From: an uncultured delta proteobacterium
GTDB taxonomy: Bacteria; Desulfobacterota; WTBG01
Assembly: GCA_963793865.1 (NCBI GenBank)
Contig: CAWCBP010000004.1
Span: 292,526-356,525, forward strand
Direction: 5' to 3'
Length of the DNA: 64,000 nucleotides
The translations under genes and the position numbers were made by a program. Positions within the stretch are counted from its first letter, which is position 1; each line of letters begins with the position of its first letter. The notes under the pieces are model-generated. The model was not told the DNA's origin and made no database searches. It saw only the letters and a program-made list of their open reading frames with translations. Below, one piece after another: positions 20,130 through 29,783 of the stretch.

Positions 20130-20639
20130 TTAGAGCTTCTTTTTGGCCAGCACCACCGCCCCGATGATGGCGGCCAGCAGCAGCACCGAGGTTATCTCAA
20201 AGGGCAGAAGAAAATCGGTAAAGAGCGCCTTTCCGATGAGCGCGCTGTTGCCGATGGCATCGACCTTCTCCGGGGGATACGCCCCCTTGGCTCCGGTGAA
20301 GACGCTCATGGTGCTTGCGGATATGAAGGAAAAGGCGATGGCCAGGCACAGCACCAGGGCCCAGAACTTCTGCGGCCCCCGGCCGTCCCCCGCGGAAGAC
20401 TCCCGATCCACGTTGAGCAGCATGATCACGAACAGAAACAGCACCATGATCGCACCGGCATAGACAATCACCTGAACGGCGGCGATGAACTGGGCGTTAA
20501 GCTGGAGGAAGATGCCCGCCAGGCAGAAGAAGCACAGGATCAGAAAGAGCGCGCTGTGCACGGGGTTCCTTCTTAAAATCACCATCAGCGATGAAATCAC
20601 CATCACTGCGGCCAGACTGTAAAAAATAAGCGCTTCCAT
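20130..20639 (-). CDS. nuoJ: NADH-quinone oxidoreductase subunit J
   Basis: [37 protein letters not shown]. Confidence 0.96.
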   Translation of the reverse strand: MEALIFYSLAAVMVISSLMVILRRNPVHSALFLILCFFCLAGIFLQLNAQFIAAVQVIVYAGAIMVLFLFVIMLLNVDRESSAGDGRGPQKFWALVLCLAIAFSFISASTMSVFTGAKGAYPPEKVDAIGNSALIGKALFTDFLLPFEITSVLLLAAIIGAVVLAKKKL

Positions 20640-20729
20640 AGAGTAACCTCTTGGTCAACGGTAGTTATCAGCCAACAGATGGTACTTACACACCAGAGAT
20701 GTTGAGTGGCATCAACCCGGGTCCCTTCC

Positions 20730-21164
20730 CTACTCTCTGAGGAGCCGCTCCTTGGTGTAGATCATGCTCTCCCGGGTGTAATCGGCAAGCTCATAGTCGC
20801 CGGTCAGCAAAAGGGCCCCCACCGGGCAGGCCTCCACGCAGTAGCCGCAGAAGATGCAGCGGGAGATGTCAATCTGGTAATGCTGGGCGTACTTGACATT
20901 GTTTTCCTTCTCACCCGCCTCAACGGTGATGCAGCGGGCGGGGCACACCGCCGCGCAGAGCGAGCAGGCCACGCACTTTTCTTTGCCCTCTTCATCCCGC
21001 AAAAGCTTATGCAGGCCGTGAAAGCGGGGATAGGGGGTCCGCCGCTCCTCGGGATACATTTGGGTGATGGGCTTCCCCAGTATGGTCGTACCGAGAAAAT
21101 ATGCCAGGGTTTCCTTCAGTCCCACCAGCAGCGCCCAGATGCGTTTGATCACAGAACCTACCAT
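20730..21164 (-). CDS. nuoI: NADH-quinone oxidoreductase subunit I
   Basis: CVACSLCAAVCP and CIFCGYCVEACP. Confidence 0.95.
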   Translation of the reverse strand: MVGSVIKRIWALLVGLKETLAYFLGTTILGKPITQMYPEERRTPYPRFHGLHKLLRDEEGKEKCVACSLCAAVCPARCITVEAGEKENNVKYAQHYQIDISRCIFCGYCVEACPVGALLLTGDYELADYTRESMIYTKERLLRE

Positions 21165-21178
21165 GCTTCATCCTTTGC

Positions 21179-22225
21179 TTAAAGCAGATTAACCATTAGC
21201 AGAACGGCGGTGACTACAATATTAAGCAGCGCCAGTGGAAACAGAACCTTCCAGCCAAACTCCATCAGCTGGTCATAGCGCAGGCGCGGATAGGTCGCCC
21301 GGAGCCAGATGAAGAAAAAGAGGCAGAGGAAGACCTTGGCGCCGAAGACGCCCATGGGGATCAGGGCAACCGCCAGCTGACCCGCCGGGTTAGAAGGCTG
21401 GAAGCTGCTGATGTCCACAAACGGCAGGTGCCACCCCCCGAGAAACAGGGTGGTAATCAGCGAGCCCATGACGATCATGTGGGCGTACTCGGCCATGAAG
21501 AAAAGGGCGAACTTCATGCTGGAATATTCCACGTGGAAGCCGGCCACCAGCTCGTTCTCCGCTTCAGGCAGATCAAAGGGCGAGCGGTTGCACTCGGCTA
21601 TGCCGCAGATGAGAAAGATGATGAACCCTATCGGCTGCTGCACCACGTACCAGATGTCCGACTGGGCCCGCACCACCTCAACCAGGCTCAGCGACCCGGT
21701 GAGCATGAGCACCCCGATGACCGAGAGCCCCATGGCGATCTCGTAGCTGATCATCTGCGCCGAGGAGCGGATCCCGCCCATGAGCGCGTATTTATTATTG
21801 GAGGCCCATCCCGCCAGGGTCACGCCGTACACGTTCATGGAGCCGAGGGCAAAGATGTAGAGGATGCCGATGTCCACGTCGGCAACCCGCAGATCGATGG
21901 TATGACCGAAGAGGGTGATCACGTTGCCGAAGGGAACCACCGCGAACGAGGCGAAGGCGCAGACCGCCACGATGAAGGGGGCAAGGATGTAGATGACCTT
22001 GTTGGCCTTCTCCACCACGATATCCTCTTTGAAAAAGAGCTTGATGCCGTCGGCAATGGGCTGCAGCAGGCCGTGCCAGCCCGTTCTCATGGGGCCGTAG
22101 CGCACCTGCATGTGCCCGAGCACCTTGCGCTCCAGCCAGGTGAGATAGGCGACGCAGGTGAGCAGTACGATAAACACCACTATGACCTTAAGCAGCATTA
22201 TTATCATGGCAGCCATACTTGTCAT
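21179..22225 (-). CDS. nuoH: NADH-quinone oxidoreductase subunit H
   Basis: ERKVLGHMQVRYGP, QPIADGIKL, PFDLPEAENELVAGFHVEYS, PRLRYDQLM. Confidence 0.96.
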   Translation of the reverse strand: MTSMAAMIIMLLKVIVVFIVLLTCVAYLTWLERKVLGHMQVRYGPMRTGWHGLLQPIADGIKLFFKEDIVVEKANKVIYILAPFIVAVCAFASFAVVPFGNVITLFGHTIDLRVADVDIGILYIFALGSMNVYGVTLAGWASNNKYALMGGIRSSAQMISYEIAMGLSVIGVLMLTGSLSLVEVVRAQSDIWYVVQQPIGFIIFLICGIAECNRSPFDLPEAENELVAGFHVEYSSMKFALFFMAEYAHMIVMGSLITTLFLGGWHLPFVDISSFQPSNPAGQLAVALIPMGVFGAKVFLCLFFFIWLRATYPRLRYDQLMEFGWKVLFPLALLNIVVTAVLLMVNLL

Positions 22226-22318
22226 GGGAATGTATCTCTCCTGCAGATGCGCAATCAGCTAAATAAGTGCATTCATCCTGTTGATCTGAAATCCGAAATT
22301 CGAATAAACTTTTTACAT

Positions 22319-22464
22319 GAGATTGCTTCGTCGCTTATGCTCCTCGCAATGACCGTATTGGTGCGTCATTGCGTGAATTTGTCATTGCGAGCCCTTCGCT
22401 TGTCATTCTGAGCAACGCGAAGAATCTTGTTTTTGGCTCAGGATAAACTCCGCGCGGCAATCTC
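22319..22464. repeat. GTCATTGCGAG...GCAATCTC palindromic repeat cluster (family C)
   Basis: gagattgcttcgtcgc...ctcgcaatgac and gtcattgcgag...gcaatctc; related copy at 53318-53425. Confidence 0.75.
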
Positions 22465-22531
22465 GTTTTTGGACAAATCTGAAACAGCATCTATAATTAA
22501 CAAATAGCAAATTTAATTTGAATTATGCCTG

Positions 22532-25141
22532 CTACACCTTTTCCAGTTTGACCCAAGTCGGGACAAGATCCCTGCTGGTCAGCCGGTTGACGGGGTGGTC
22601 TGCAAAGTGGCAGGGAATATACACCATTCCCTTGGCCTGCTTTCTGCTGATTTTCACCTTTGCCTCCAGTGACCCCATCCTTGATGTAACCAGCACCTTC
22701 TCTCCATCCCCAAGGCCGTATGTCCCGGCATCGGCGGGAGACACCTCCACCCTGCCTCCGGACCCGAGCTCGTTCAACGCCGGGGCGTGGGTTGACAGGG
22801 AACCGGAATGAAAGAGCATGCTGCCGGTGCGCAGCAGCAGCGGATAGTCACCATCAATCCCGCGGGCCGGTTCGGCATGCTCGAGCGGGACAAAGCTGTA
22901 GCTCGTTCGCCCGCCGCCCGGCGGGGACGGCACAAGCCGGCCTCCCGCTCCGAGGGATTCGCAGCTGATGTCCGCGTAGAGAGGAACCAGCGAGCCGATC
23001 TCCCTCATCACGTCCTCAGGCCCGGCTGCCTGCATGACATGACCCATCCTGCGGGACAGCTCGCAGAAAATTTCCAGGTCTGTTTTGACCCCTTCCATCA
23101 CCGGCAGCGCCGGGGACAGCGCCTGCACCCTCCGCTCGAAGCTGGTATAGGTGCCTTTTTTCTCGGCGAAGCTGGCCACCGGCAGCACGACGTCGGCCTG
23201 CCGGGCGGTGGGGGTTAAAAACATGTCCTGCACCACCAGGAAATCCAGGGACTCCAGGGCCTTCAGGGTGTATTCGCTTTCAGGATAGTTAAGCAGCGGG
23301 TTTTCCCCTGCCAGGTACAGCGCGTGCAGCCTGCCTTCCGCCGCGCTGGTGATCATTTCCATGGCATTTTGACCGGGCCGCGCGGGAAGGGTCACCTTCC
23401 ACGCTTCTTCAAAGCGGCCCCGCGTCTTGTCATCACCCACTTCACCGAATCCGGGCAGAAAACCGGGAAGCACTCCCATGTCCAGGGTGCCCTGGGAATT
23501 GCACTTCTCCCCCAGGAAGGCGATGCCGCATCCCTCCCGCTTCACCATCCCGGTCAGCAGGGCGAGGTTGGCCACCGCCAGACCCAGCTTTTCATCGTCC
23601 GCGGGAATCCCCAGGCCGGTGGAAAGGAGGATGCACAGCCGCCTGCTTCCCGCAATCAGGCGGGCTGCCTGCGCGAGGTCATCCCGGCCGACGCCGGTCA
23701 CCCCTTCACAATACTCAGGGGTGTACCGGGCCACCGACCTGTTGAGGTTTTCAAGACCGGCGGTCGAGGAAGAGACAAACTCCCTGTCGTACAGCCCCTC
23801 GCTGATAATGATATTGATCATGCCCTGGAGCAGGACCAGCTCGGTTTCGGGCCGGTGGATGAGCGCGCAGCTGGCCAGCCGGCTGTGCTTGATCGGCCGC
23901 TCGCCGGCGACAACCAGCTTTCGTTCGTCCCGTTTTACCGCCATGGTCACCTGGTATCCCACCACCGGATGCGTCTCGGAGAGGTGGGAGCGCAGCAGGA
24001 ACACGGTGTCCGCATTGCGTATGTCGTTCAGCGTGGCCGTTCCCGCGGTCAAGCCCAGCGCAGGCCTCAGCCCCTTCATCAGCCCCGAGTAGCTGTATCC
24101 CCCGGCGTGGTCGATGTTGTTGGTGCCGACGACGGCGCGTAAAAATTTCTGAAACAGGTAGGCCTCCTCATTGGTCAGGCGGCCGGAGCAGATGCCGCCG
24201 ATCCCGTCGGGCCCGTACTTTTGTTTGACCGCGCCCAAACCCCCGGCTATCTTCTCCATCGCCTCCGCCCAGGTGGCCCGCACCAGCCCCTCGGCGCCCT
24301 TTCTCACCAGGGGGCTGTTCATCCGCTCGGGGCTGGAGACATACCCGTAGCCGAACCGGCCCTTCGCGCAGAGGCTCCCGCGGTTGGCCCCGATGCTGTC
24401 GTCCCCGATCACCCGGTAGATGCGGTTGTTCTTCACCCCCAGGGTGATGGTGCAGCCGGTGCTGCAATATGAGCAGACGGTGCTGGTCCTGGTTAGCTCC
24501 CAGGAGCGCGCCTTGTATTTGAAAAGCTTGTCGGTGAGGGCGCCCACCGGGCAGATGTTAACGCACTCTCCGCAGAACTCGCAGTCCAGCACCCGGTCAA
24601 AGTCGGTGCCGATCCTGGTCTTGAATCCCCGGTTGACAAAGCTGATTTCGGATACGCCCACCATCTCCTCGCACACCCGCGCGCACATACCGCAGAGGAC
24701 GCAGCGGTTCACATTCCTTTCTATCAGGTGAGAGGCGGTTTCAGCCGGCTGGTTGAACTTGCGGTCAAGAAACCGGTTGCTGCTCACCTCGTATTCATAC
24801 ACCAGGTCCTGCAGCTTGCACTCGCCCCCCTTGTCGCACACGGGACAATCAAGGGGATGGTGCACCAGCAGGAGCTCAAGCAGCGTTTTGCGGGCGCTTC
24901 TCACCGCGGGGGTGTTGGTGCTTACCACCATGCCGTTGGCGGCCGGCGTGGAGCAGGAAGGGACCAGGCGGCCCTTCATCTGCTCGACCTCAACCACGCA
25001 CATGCGGCACGCCCCGAAGGGCATCAGGCGCTTGTGGTAGCAAAAGGTGGGAATATAAACCCCGGCAGCCTCCGCAGCCTCGAGGATGCTGGAGCCGTCC
25101 GCTACCTCTATTTCCCGATCGTCAATGGTCAAACTGATCAT
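22532..25141 (-). CDS. nuoG: NADH-quinone oxidoreductase subunit G (long, molybdopterin-oxidoreductase fold)
   Basis: [2Fe-2S] motif, HPLDCPVCDKGGEC, two CxxCxxCxxxC, CSYCSTGC; the FDH Cys/Sec-His position reads IDHAGGYSYS. Confidence 0.88.
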   Translation of the reverse strand: MISLTIDDREIEVADGSSILEAAEAAGVYIPTFCYHKRLMPFGACRMCVVEVEQMKGRLVPSCSTPAANGMVVSTNTPAVRSARKTLLELLLVHHPLDCPVCDKGGECKLQDLVYEYEVSSNRFLDRKFNQPAETASHLIERNVNRCVLCGMCARVCEEMVGVSEISFVNRGFKTRIGTDFDRVLDCEFCGECVNICPVGALTDKLFKYKARSWELTRTSTVCSYCSTGCTITLGVKNNRIYRVIGDDSIGANRGSLCAKGRFGYGYVSSPERMNSPLVRKGAEGLVRATWAEAMEKIAGGLGAVKQKYGPDGIGGICSGRLTNEEAYLFQKFLRAVVGTNNIDHAGGYSYSGLMKGLRPALGLTAGTATLNDIRNADTVFLLRSHLSETHPVVGYQVTMAVKRDERKLVVAGERPIKHSRLASCALIHRPETELVLLQGMINIIISEGLYDREFVSSSTAGLENLNRSVARYTPEYCEGVTGVGRDDLAQAARLIAGSRRLCILLSTGLGIPADDEKLGLAVANLALLTGMVKREGCGIAFLGEKCNSQGTLDMGVLPGFLPGFGEVGDDKTRGRFEEAWKVTLPARPGQNAMEMITSAAEGRLHALYLAGENPLLNYPESEYTLKALESLDFLVVQDMFLTPTARQADVVLPVASFAEKKGTYTSFERRVQALSPALPVMEGVKTDLEIFCELSRRMGHVMQAAGPEDVMREIGSLVPLYADISCESLGAGGRLVPSPPGGGRTSYSFVPLEHAEPARGIDGDYPLLLRTGSMLFHSGSLSTHAPALNELGSGGRVEVSPADAGTYGLGDGEKVLVTSRMGSLEAKVKISRKQAKGMVYIPCHFADHPVNRLTSRDLVPTWVKLEKV

Positions 25142-25206
25142 AATAAGCCTTCAACCTCGATGGTATCGCCTGTTTAATAAATTATCAATGGGCTACCGCC
25201 CCTTTG

Positions 25207-26994
25207 CTACTCAATGGCATTGAACTTACAGGCCATGATGCAGTTCTTGCACTTGACGCACTTCTCCCGGTCAATTGCGGCCACCTGCTTCTTTTCCCAG
25301 GTGATCGCCCCGGCGGGACAGGCCTTGAAGCACTGGCCGCACCGCTTGCAGAGCTCCGGATTCACCGCAAACTTGATCAAGGAAATGCAGGAGTGCGCGG
25401 GGCAGCGCTTTTCCTTTACGTGGGCCTCATATTCGTCGCGGAAATAGCGCAGGGTGGTGAGCACCGGGTTGGGCGCGGTATTGCCCAGGCCGCAGAGGGC
25501 CGTGCTCTTGATGGTTTGGGCCAGATCCTTAAGCGTCTCCAGGTCTTCTTCCTTGCCCTCGCCGGCGGTGATCCTGGTCAGGATATCAAGCATCATCTTG
25601 GTCCCCACCCGGCAGGGAATGCACTTGCCGCAGGACTCCTCCTGGGTGAACCCCAGAAAGAATTTCGCGATATCAACCATGCAGGTGGTTTCATCCATCA
25701 CCACCATGCCGCCGGACCCCATGATGGCACCGGTCTGACTGATCGACTCATAGTCCACCGGGGTGTCAACCAGCGACTCGGGAATGCACCCGCCCGACGG
25801 GCCGCCCATCTGCACCGCCTTGAACTTGCGCTTGCCCTTGATGCCGCCGCCGATATCGTAGATGATGGAGCGCAGGCTGGTGCCCATGGGCACTTCAACC
25901 AGGCCGATGTTGTTGACCGCGCCGGTCACGGCAAAGACCTTGGTGCCCTTGCTCTTTTCCGTTCCCAGCTCGCTGTACCAGCTGCCGCCGTGCAGGATGA
26001 TGGGCGGAACATTGGCGTAGGTCTCCACGTTGTTTAAAATGGTCGGCTTTCTCCACAGTCCCTTGTACGCGGGGAACGGAGGCCGCGGCCGCGGCATGCC
26101 CCGCTTTCCCTCAATGGAGGTCATCAGGGCCGTTTCCTCGCCGCAGACAAACGCCCCGGCTCCCTGGTAAATGTCAATGTCAAAATCGAAGTCCGAGTTA
26201 AGAATGTTCTTTCCCAGCAGGCCGTAGTCCCGCGACTGCCGGATGGCCACCTTGAGCCGGGAAACGGCGAGCGGATATTCCGCGCGCACGTAAATGTAGC
26301 CCTGATGGGCGCCGATGGCCTTGGCCGCGATGGTCATCCCCTCCAGAACCGAATGCGGGTCCGCCTCCAGGATGCTGCGGTCCATGAACGCGCCGGGGTC
26401 ACCCTCGTCCCCATTGCACAAAACATACTTCACCTCGCCCCTGGCCTTGGCGCAGAACTCCCACTTCAGCCCGGTGGGGAACCCCGCGCCGCCGCGGCCC
26501 CGAAGCCCGGAAATCTTGACCTCCTCGATGATGCCCTCGGGCGTCAGCTCGGTGAGCGCCTTTCCCAGGGCCTGGTATCCGTCACGTCCGATGTACTCTT
26601 CAATCTTTTCAGCATCGATGATGCCGCGGTTCCGTAATGCCCGGAGCACCTGCAGCCCGAAGAAGGAGATGTCCTGCATGCGGGGCACCGTCGCCTTCTT
26701 TTCCTCCTCCCGGTACATGAGCTTCTCGACCGGCCTTCCCTTGAGAAAATGCTCCGACACCAGCAGGGGGATGTCCTCCCGGGTGAGCCTTTGATAAAAG
26801 ATCCCCTCGGGGTAGACCACCATGACCGGGCCGACGGCGCAGAAGCCGTTGCATCCGGTGATGACCACCTGCACCTCTTCCTCCAGTCCGCACTTCTTGA
26901 GCTCTTCTTGAAGCGCCGTTCGCACTTGTAGCGACTTGTTGGACACACAGCCGGTTCCGGCGCAAATCAACGCATGTGAGCGAAAAGTTTTCAT
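25207..26994 (-). CDS. nuoF: NuoF/HydB (BfuB)-type NADH-binding flavoprotein
   Basis: N-terminal thioredoxin-like [2Fe-2S], GRGGAGFPTG, GDEGDPGAFMDR, GGPSGG, ESCGKCIPCR, C-terminal 2x[4Fe-4S]. Confidence 0.92.
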   Translation of the reverse strand: MKTFRSHALICAGTGCVSNKSLQVRTALQEELKKCGLEEEVQVVITGCNGFCAVGPVMVVYPEGIFYQRLTREDIPLLVSEHFLKGRPVEKLMYREEEKKATVPRMQDISFFGLQVLRALRNRGIIDAEKIEEYIGRDGYQALGKALTELTPEGIIEEVKISGLRGRGGAGFPTGLKWEFCAKARGEVKYVLCNGDEGDPGAFMDRSILEADPHSVLEGMTIAAKAIGAHQGYIYVRAEYPLAVSRLKVAIRQSRDYGLLGKNILNSDFDFDIDIYQGAGAFVCGEETALMTSIEGKRGMPRPRPPFPAYKGLWRKPTILNNVETYANVPPIILHGGSWYSELGTEKSKGTKVFAVTGAVNNIGLVEVPMGTSLRSIIYDIGGGIKGKRKFKAVQMGGPSGGCIPESLVDTPVDYESISQTGAIMGSGGMVVMDETTCMVDIAKFFLGFTQEESCGKCIPCRVGTKMMLDILTRITAGEGKEEDLETLKDLAQTIKSTALCGLGNTAPNPVLTTLRYFRDEYEAHVKEKRCPAHSCISLIKFAVNPELCKRCGQCFKACPAGAITWEKKQVAAIDREKCVKCKNCIMACKFNAIE

Positions 26995-27015
26995 CTGCCC
27001 GTTCCTTCCTGCAGC

Positions 27016-27399
27016 TTAATAGGTCGTTTCACTGCCCACCGCCAGGGCATATTTTTCCACTATCCTGCCGCCGATAACGTGTTCCACCAGGATCTCCCTG
27101 GTCTTCCCGTCATCCAGATCCACGTACTTGACCGGCGCTTCGCCGAGAAGCTCAACCGTGGCCATGGGCTCGCGGCTGCACAGCCCCGCGCATCCGGAGG
27201 TGGTAACGATGACATCCGTGATCTGCCGCTTGGCAATCTCATCCATAAACGCGCTCATGACCGCCCGCGCCCCGGACGCGATTCCGCAGGTCCCCATGTG
27301 GACGGTTATCTTGGCGCGCTGGCCGCCTTCCCGGAGGGTGGTGGCGGCTTTTGATTCCTCCTTTATCCGTTTCAAGTCATCGAGCGTCAGTTTCGGCAT
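27016..27399 (-). CDS. Thioredoxin-like [2Fe-2S] ferredoxin (HydD/HndB-like)
   Basis: VHMGTCGIASGA...TSGCAGLCSREP. Confidence 0.88.
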   Translation of the reverse strand: MPKLTLDDLKRIKEESKAATTLREGGQRAKITVHMGTCGIASGARAVMSAFMDEIAKRQITDVIVTTSGCAGLCSREPMATVELLGEAPVKYVDLDDGKTREILVEHVIGGRIVEKYALAVGSETTY

Positions 27400-27430
27400 A
27401 GCTTATACCTCCTGCGAGCAGCGCTTCCTG

Positions 27431-27580
27431 CAGGCTGTTGAAAAACGCCCATCTGCTGCGTTACACTCATCCTTCGTCATTGCAGCGTACTCACATGTAC
27501 GCCTCATTCCTCAGGATTTCGCGTGCCTTGCATCTGGATGTTTTTGAACAGCCTGCGGAAAACTATTTTTTCAACAACCT
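27431..27580. mobile_element. MITE (27431-27555) with CAGGCTGTTGAAAAA-type terminal inverted repeats, plus an extra partial TIR
   Basis: caggctgttgaaaaa...tttttgaacagcctg; related sequences at 38379 and 61870. Confidence 0.75.
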
Positions 27581-28109
27581 AATAATAATTTTTCTTTATG
27601 GTGTCTAAAGCCGTCGCCGGCTCCAGCAGGCCATAGGTGTCTTCGTTAACCATCATGGCCGGCGCGAGGCCGCAGCACCCGATGCAGCGCACGCCCTCCA
27701 GGGAAAATTTCTTGTCCGGCGTCACCTCGCCTTCGTGTATGCCCAGCTCCTGCTGCAGCCGCTTGTAAATTTCCTCGCTCCGCTTGACGAAACAGGCCGT
27801 CCCCAGGCAGACGCGGACATTGTATTTGCCCCGGGGCTTCATGGTAAAATAGGAGTAGAAGGAAACCACCCCGTACACCAGGCTGGGCGAAGTGTTCAGG
27901 CCTTCGGCAATTCTGCGCTGCACCTCCGCGGGCAGAAAGCCGCACACCTCCTGACACTGCTGGAGAACGGGTATGAGCGCACCGGCCTTGCCGACGTGCT
28001 CATCGATGACCCGGTCAACCTTTTCCCACTGCTCCGCGGTTATCTCCACGGTAACGTCCTGCTGCTTCTGCGCTGATTCTGCGTTCATTACTTGGAATAC
28101 CTCCACCAT
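27579..28109 (-). CDS. nuoE: NuoE/HydC-type [2Fe-2S] subunit
   Basis: VYGVVSFYSYF, VCLGTACFV, RCIGCCGLAP. Confidence 0.92.
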   Translation of the reverse strand: MVEVFQVMNAESAQKQQDVTVEITAEQWEKVDRVIDEHVGKAGALIPVLQQCQEVCGFLPAEVQRRIAEGLNTSPSLVYGVVSFYSYFTMKPRGKYNVRVCLGTACFVKRSEEIYKRLQQELGIHEGEVTPDKKFSLEGVRCIGCCGLAPAMMVNEDTYGLLEPATALDTIKKNYY

Positions 28110-28122
28110 GATATATATCTAT

Positions 28123-28668
28123 CTAATGCACGCCCAGCTGCGCCAGGCCCTCCTCGAGATCGCCCCTGATCAGCCCGATCACCCGGGGATCGGAAACGGG
28201 GACCTCGCCCAACTCCTTCCCGATCACCGCTGTGTCAAGGCTGTAGGTTCGGCCATCCCTGCGATGATGATAATAAAAGCTGATCCCGGGATTGCCCGCG
28301 ATGAGGGTGATCAGGGTCTCAACCATGTTTCCCCAGGGCTTGCGATCAATGTGGCTTGCCTGAAAGGTACCGGTCAGCTTCGTCCCCCTGCCCGGCTCGG
28401 ATTCTATGTGAACCCCGCCATTGCACGCCCGGGCCGCCTGGGCAAAGAGCGGTAATCCCAGGCCCACCTTTCTGGTCGTCCGCGTTGTCACAAAAGGATC
28501 CAGCACCCTGTCCGCCATCTTCCTGCTCATGCCCGTGCCGTCGTCGGTAATTTCTATGGTGAGCAGATCCCTGATGCTGTCCTCGTCTATCCCGATTTCG
28601 ATCCGCGTTGCCGCCGCGGTTATTGAATTCTCGGCAAGATCAAGAATGTGGAGGGAAAAATCCTGCAC
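28123..28668 (-). CDS. Stand-alone HATPase_c (histidine kinase-like ATPase)
   Basis: HILDLAENS, DDGTGM, DPFVTTRTTRKVGLGLPL, SHIDRKP; no sensor or HisKA domain. Confidence 0.88.
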   Translation of the reverse strand: MQDFSLHILDLAENSITAAATRIEIGIDEDSIRDLLTIEITDDGTGMSRKMADRVLDPFVTTRTTRKVGLGLPLFAQAARACNGGVHIESEPGRGTKLTGTFQASHIDRKPWGNMVETLITLIAGNPGISFYYHHRRDGRTYSLDTAVIGKELGEVPVSDPRVIGLIRGDLEEGLAQLGVH

Positions 28669-28672
28669 GCTG

Positions 28673-29422
28673 TCACCCTACCCCGAGCACCTTTCTGCCC
28701 TCTTTTCCCCCGAGCGCCAGTCTCATCTCGCCGATGCCGGCGGCCGACATCAGAAAGACGGTCGAACTTCTGCCGATCCCATCAAGGGAGTGGGCATCCG
28801 ATGAGCTGATGAAGGGGAGATGGTCGAGCCCGGGAAACCGCCTCCGCGCCTCATCCAGGCCCGTGGCCGGCGAAACCTCCAGCGCATCCAGCGCCAGCCC
28901 CGGCGGCACAAAGCCGAGCTGGCTGATGATGCTGTATGCCTCGCGATCAATGTGGGAGGCAACGGCAAGACCGCCCCGGGAGTGAATCAGCTCGACCACC
29001 GCTTCCAGGGGAAGGGTTGTTGCCCCGATCAGCAATTTTTCATTAAAGGACACGACCTCCTCGTGTTCATTGACCACAACCTGGCAGCCGAAGGTTTTTT
29101 CATCGTTTTTGCCGGGGAGGTGCTCGTACACAACCCCCTGCACCTCAAGGGCATGCGCTTCCGTTTCAAAAAGGCCCAGGATGTGAATTTCTTCCCGAGT
29201 GGTTATCTCCATTCCCGCCAGCGCCGCCAGCCCGGCGTCCTGCGCCGCCTTGTGCAGGGCGGGAAAATTCTCGCAGGAGTTGTGGTCGCACACCGCAATC
29301 ACCTGCAGGCCCGCCTCCACCGACCGTCGCACAATGGCACGGGGCGACATTTCGACAGGCTCGGTACAGGGAGAGAGGATGGAATGGATATGCAAATCCG
29401 CCCGATACGCCCTGAGCATCAC
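28673..29422 (-). CDS. PHP domain phosphoesterase
   Basis: DLHIHS, CDHN, GMEITTREEIH, SHIDR, SSDAH. Confidence 0.9.
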   Translation of the reverse strand: MMLRAYRADLHIHSILSPCTEPVEMSPRAIVRRSVEAGLQVIAVCDHNSCENFPALHKAAQDAGLAALAGMEITTREEIHILGLFETEAHALEVQGVVYEHLPGKNDEKTFGCQVVVNEHEEVVSFNEKLLIGATTLPLEAVVELIHSRGGLAVASHIDREAYSIISQLGFVPPGLALDALEVSPATGLDEARRRFPGLDHLPFISSSDAHSLDGIGRSSTVFLMSAAGIGEMRLALGGKEGRKVLGVG

Positions 29423-29763
29423 CTCGTTCCGGAAATGCCGAGGCCGTACAGCCTGCCCACGAGCTCAAAGGTCTGCAGCTCGCTCACCATAAGCGGGACG
29501 CCTTCCTGACGAGCCTTTTCCGCCGTCTGTTCCTCGGGCTTCCTGCCCTGAACCACAACGATGCCGGCCAGCCCCTTGAGCGAGGCAACGGCGATGACAT
29601 TGGGATGCGCCTGCATGGTCACCCAGATGTCGCCCTCCCTGCTGTTGGCCATGACGTCACTCAGCAGGTCGCTCGCGTAACCGCCGGTAACCTCCCCCTC
29701 CAGGTTCTCCCCGGCCGCCACCACCTTCAGCTCCAGTTTCTCCACGATATCCTTGAGCTTCAT
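29419..29763 (-). CDS. DRTGG domain protein
   Basis: VTGGYASDLLSDVMA, WVTMQAHPNVIAVA. Confidence 0.85.
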   Translation of the reverse strand: MKLKDIVEKLELKVVAAGENLEGEVTGGYASDLLSDVMANSREGDIWVTMQAHPNVIAVASLKGLAGIVVVQGRKPEEQTAEKARQEGVPLMVSELQTFELVGRLYGLGISGTR

Positions 29764-29783
29764 CCCATTCCCTTCAGTGGTTA

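Noticed and set aside
22532-25141. Formate dehydrogenase alpha subunit or selenoprotein
   Set aside because: No catalytic Cys/Sec-His motif and no in-frame TGA; position in the operon fits NuoG
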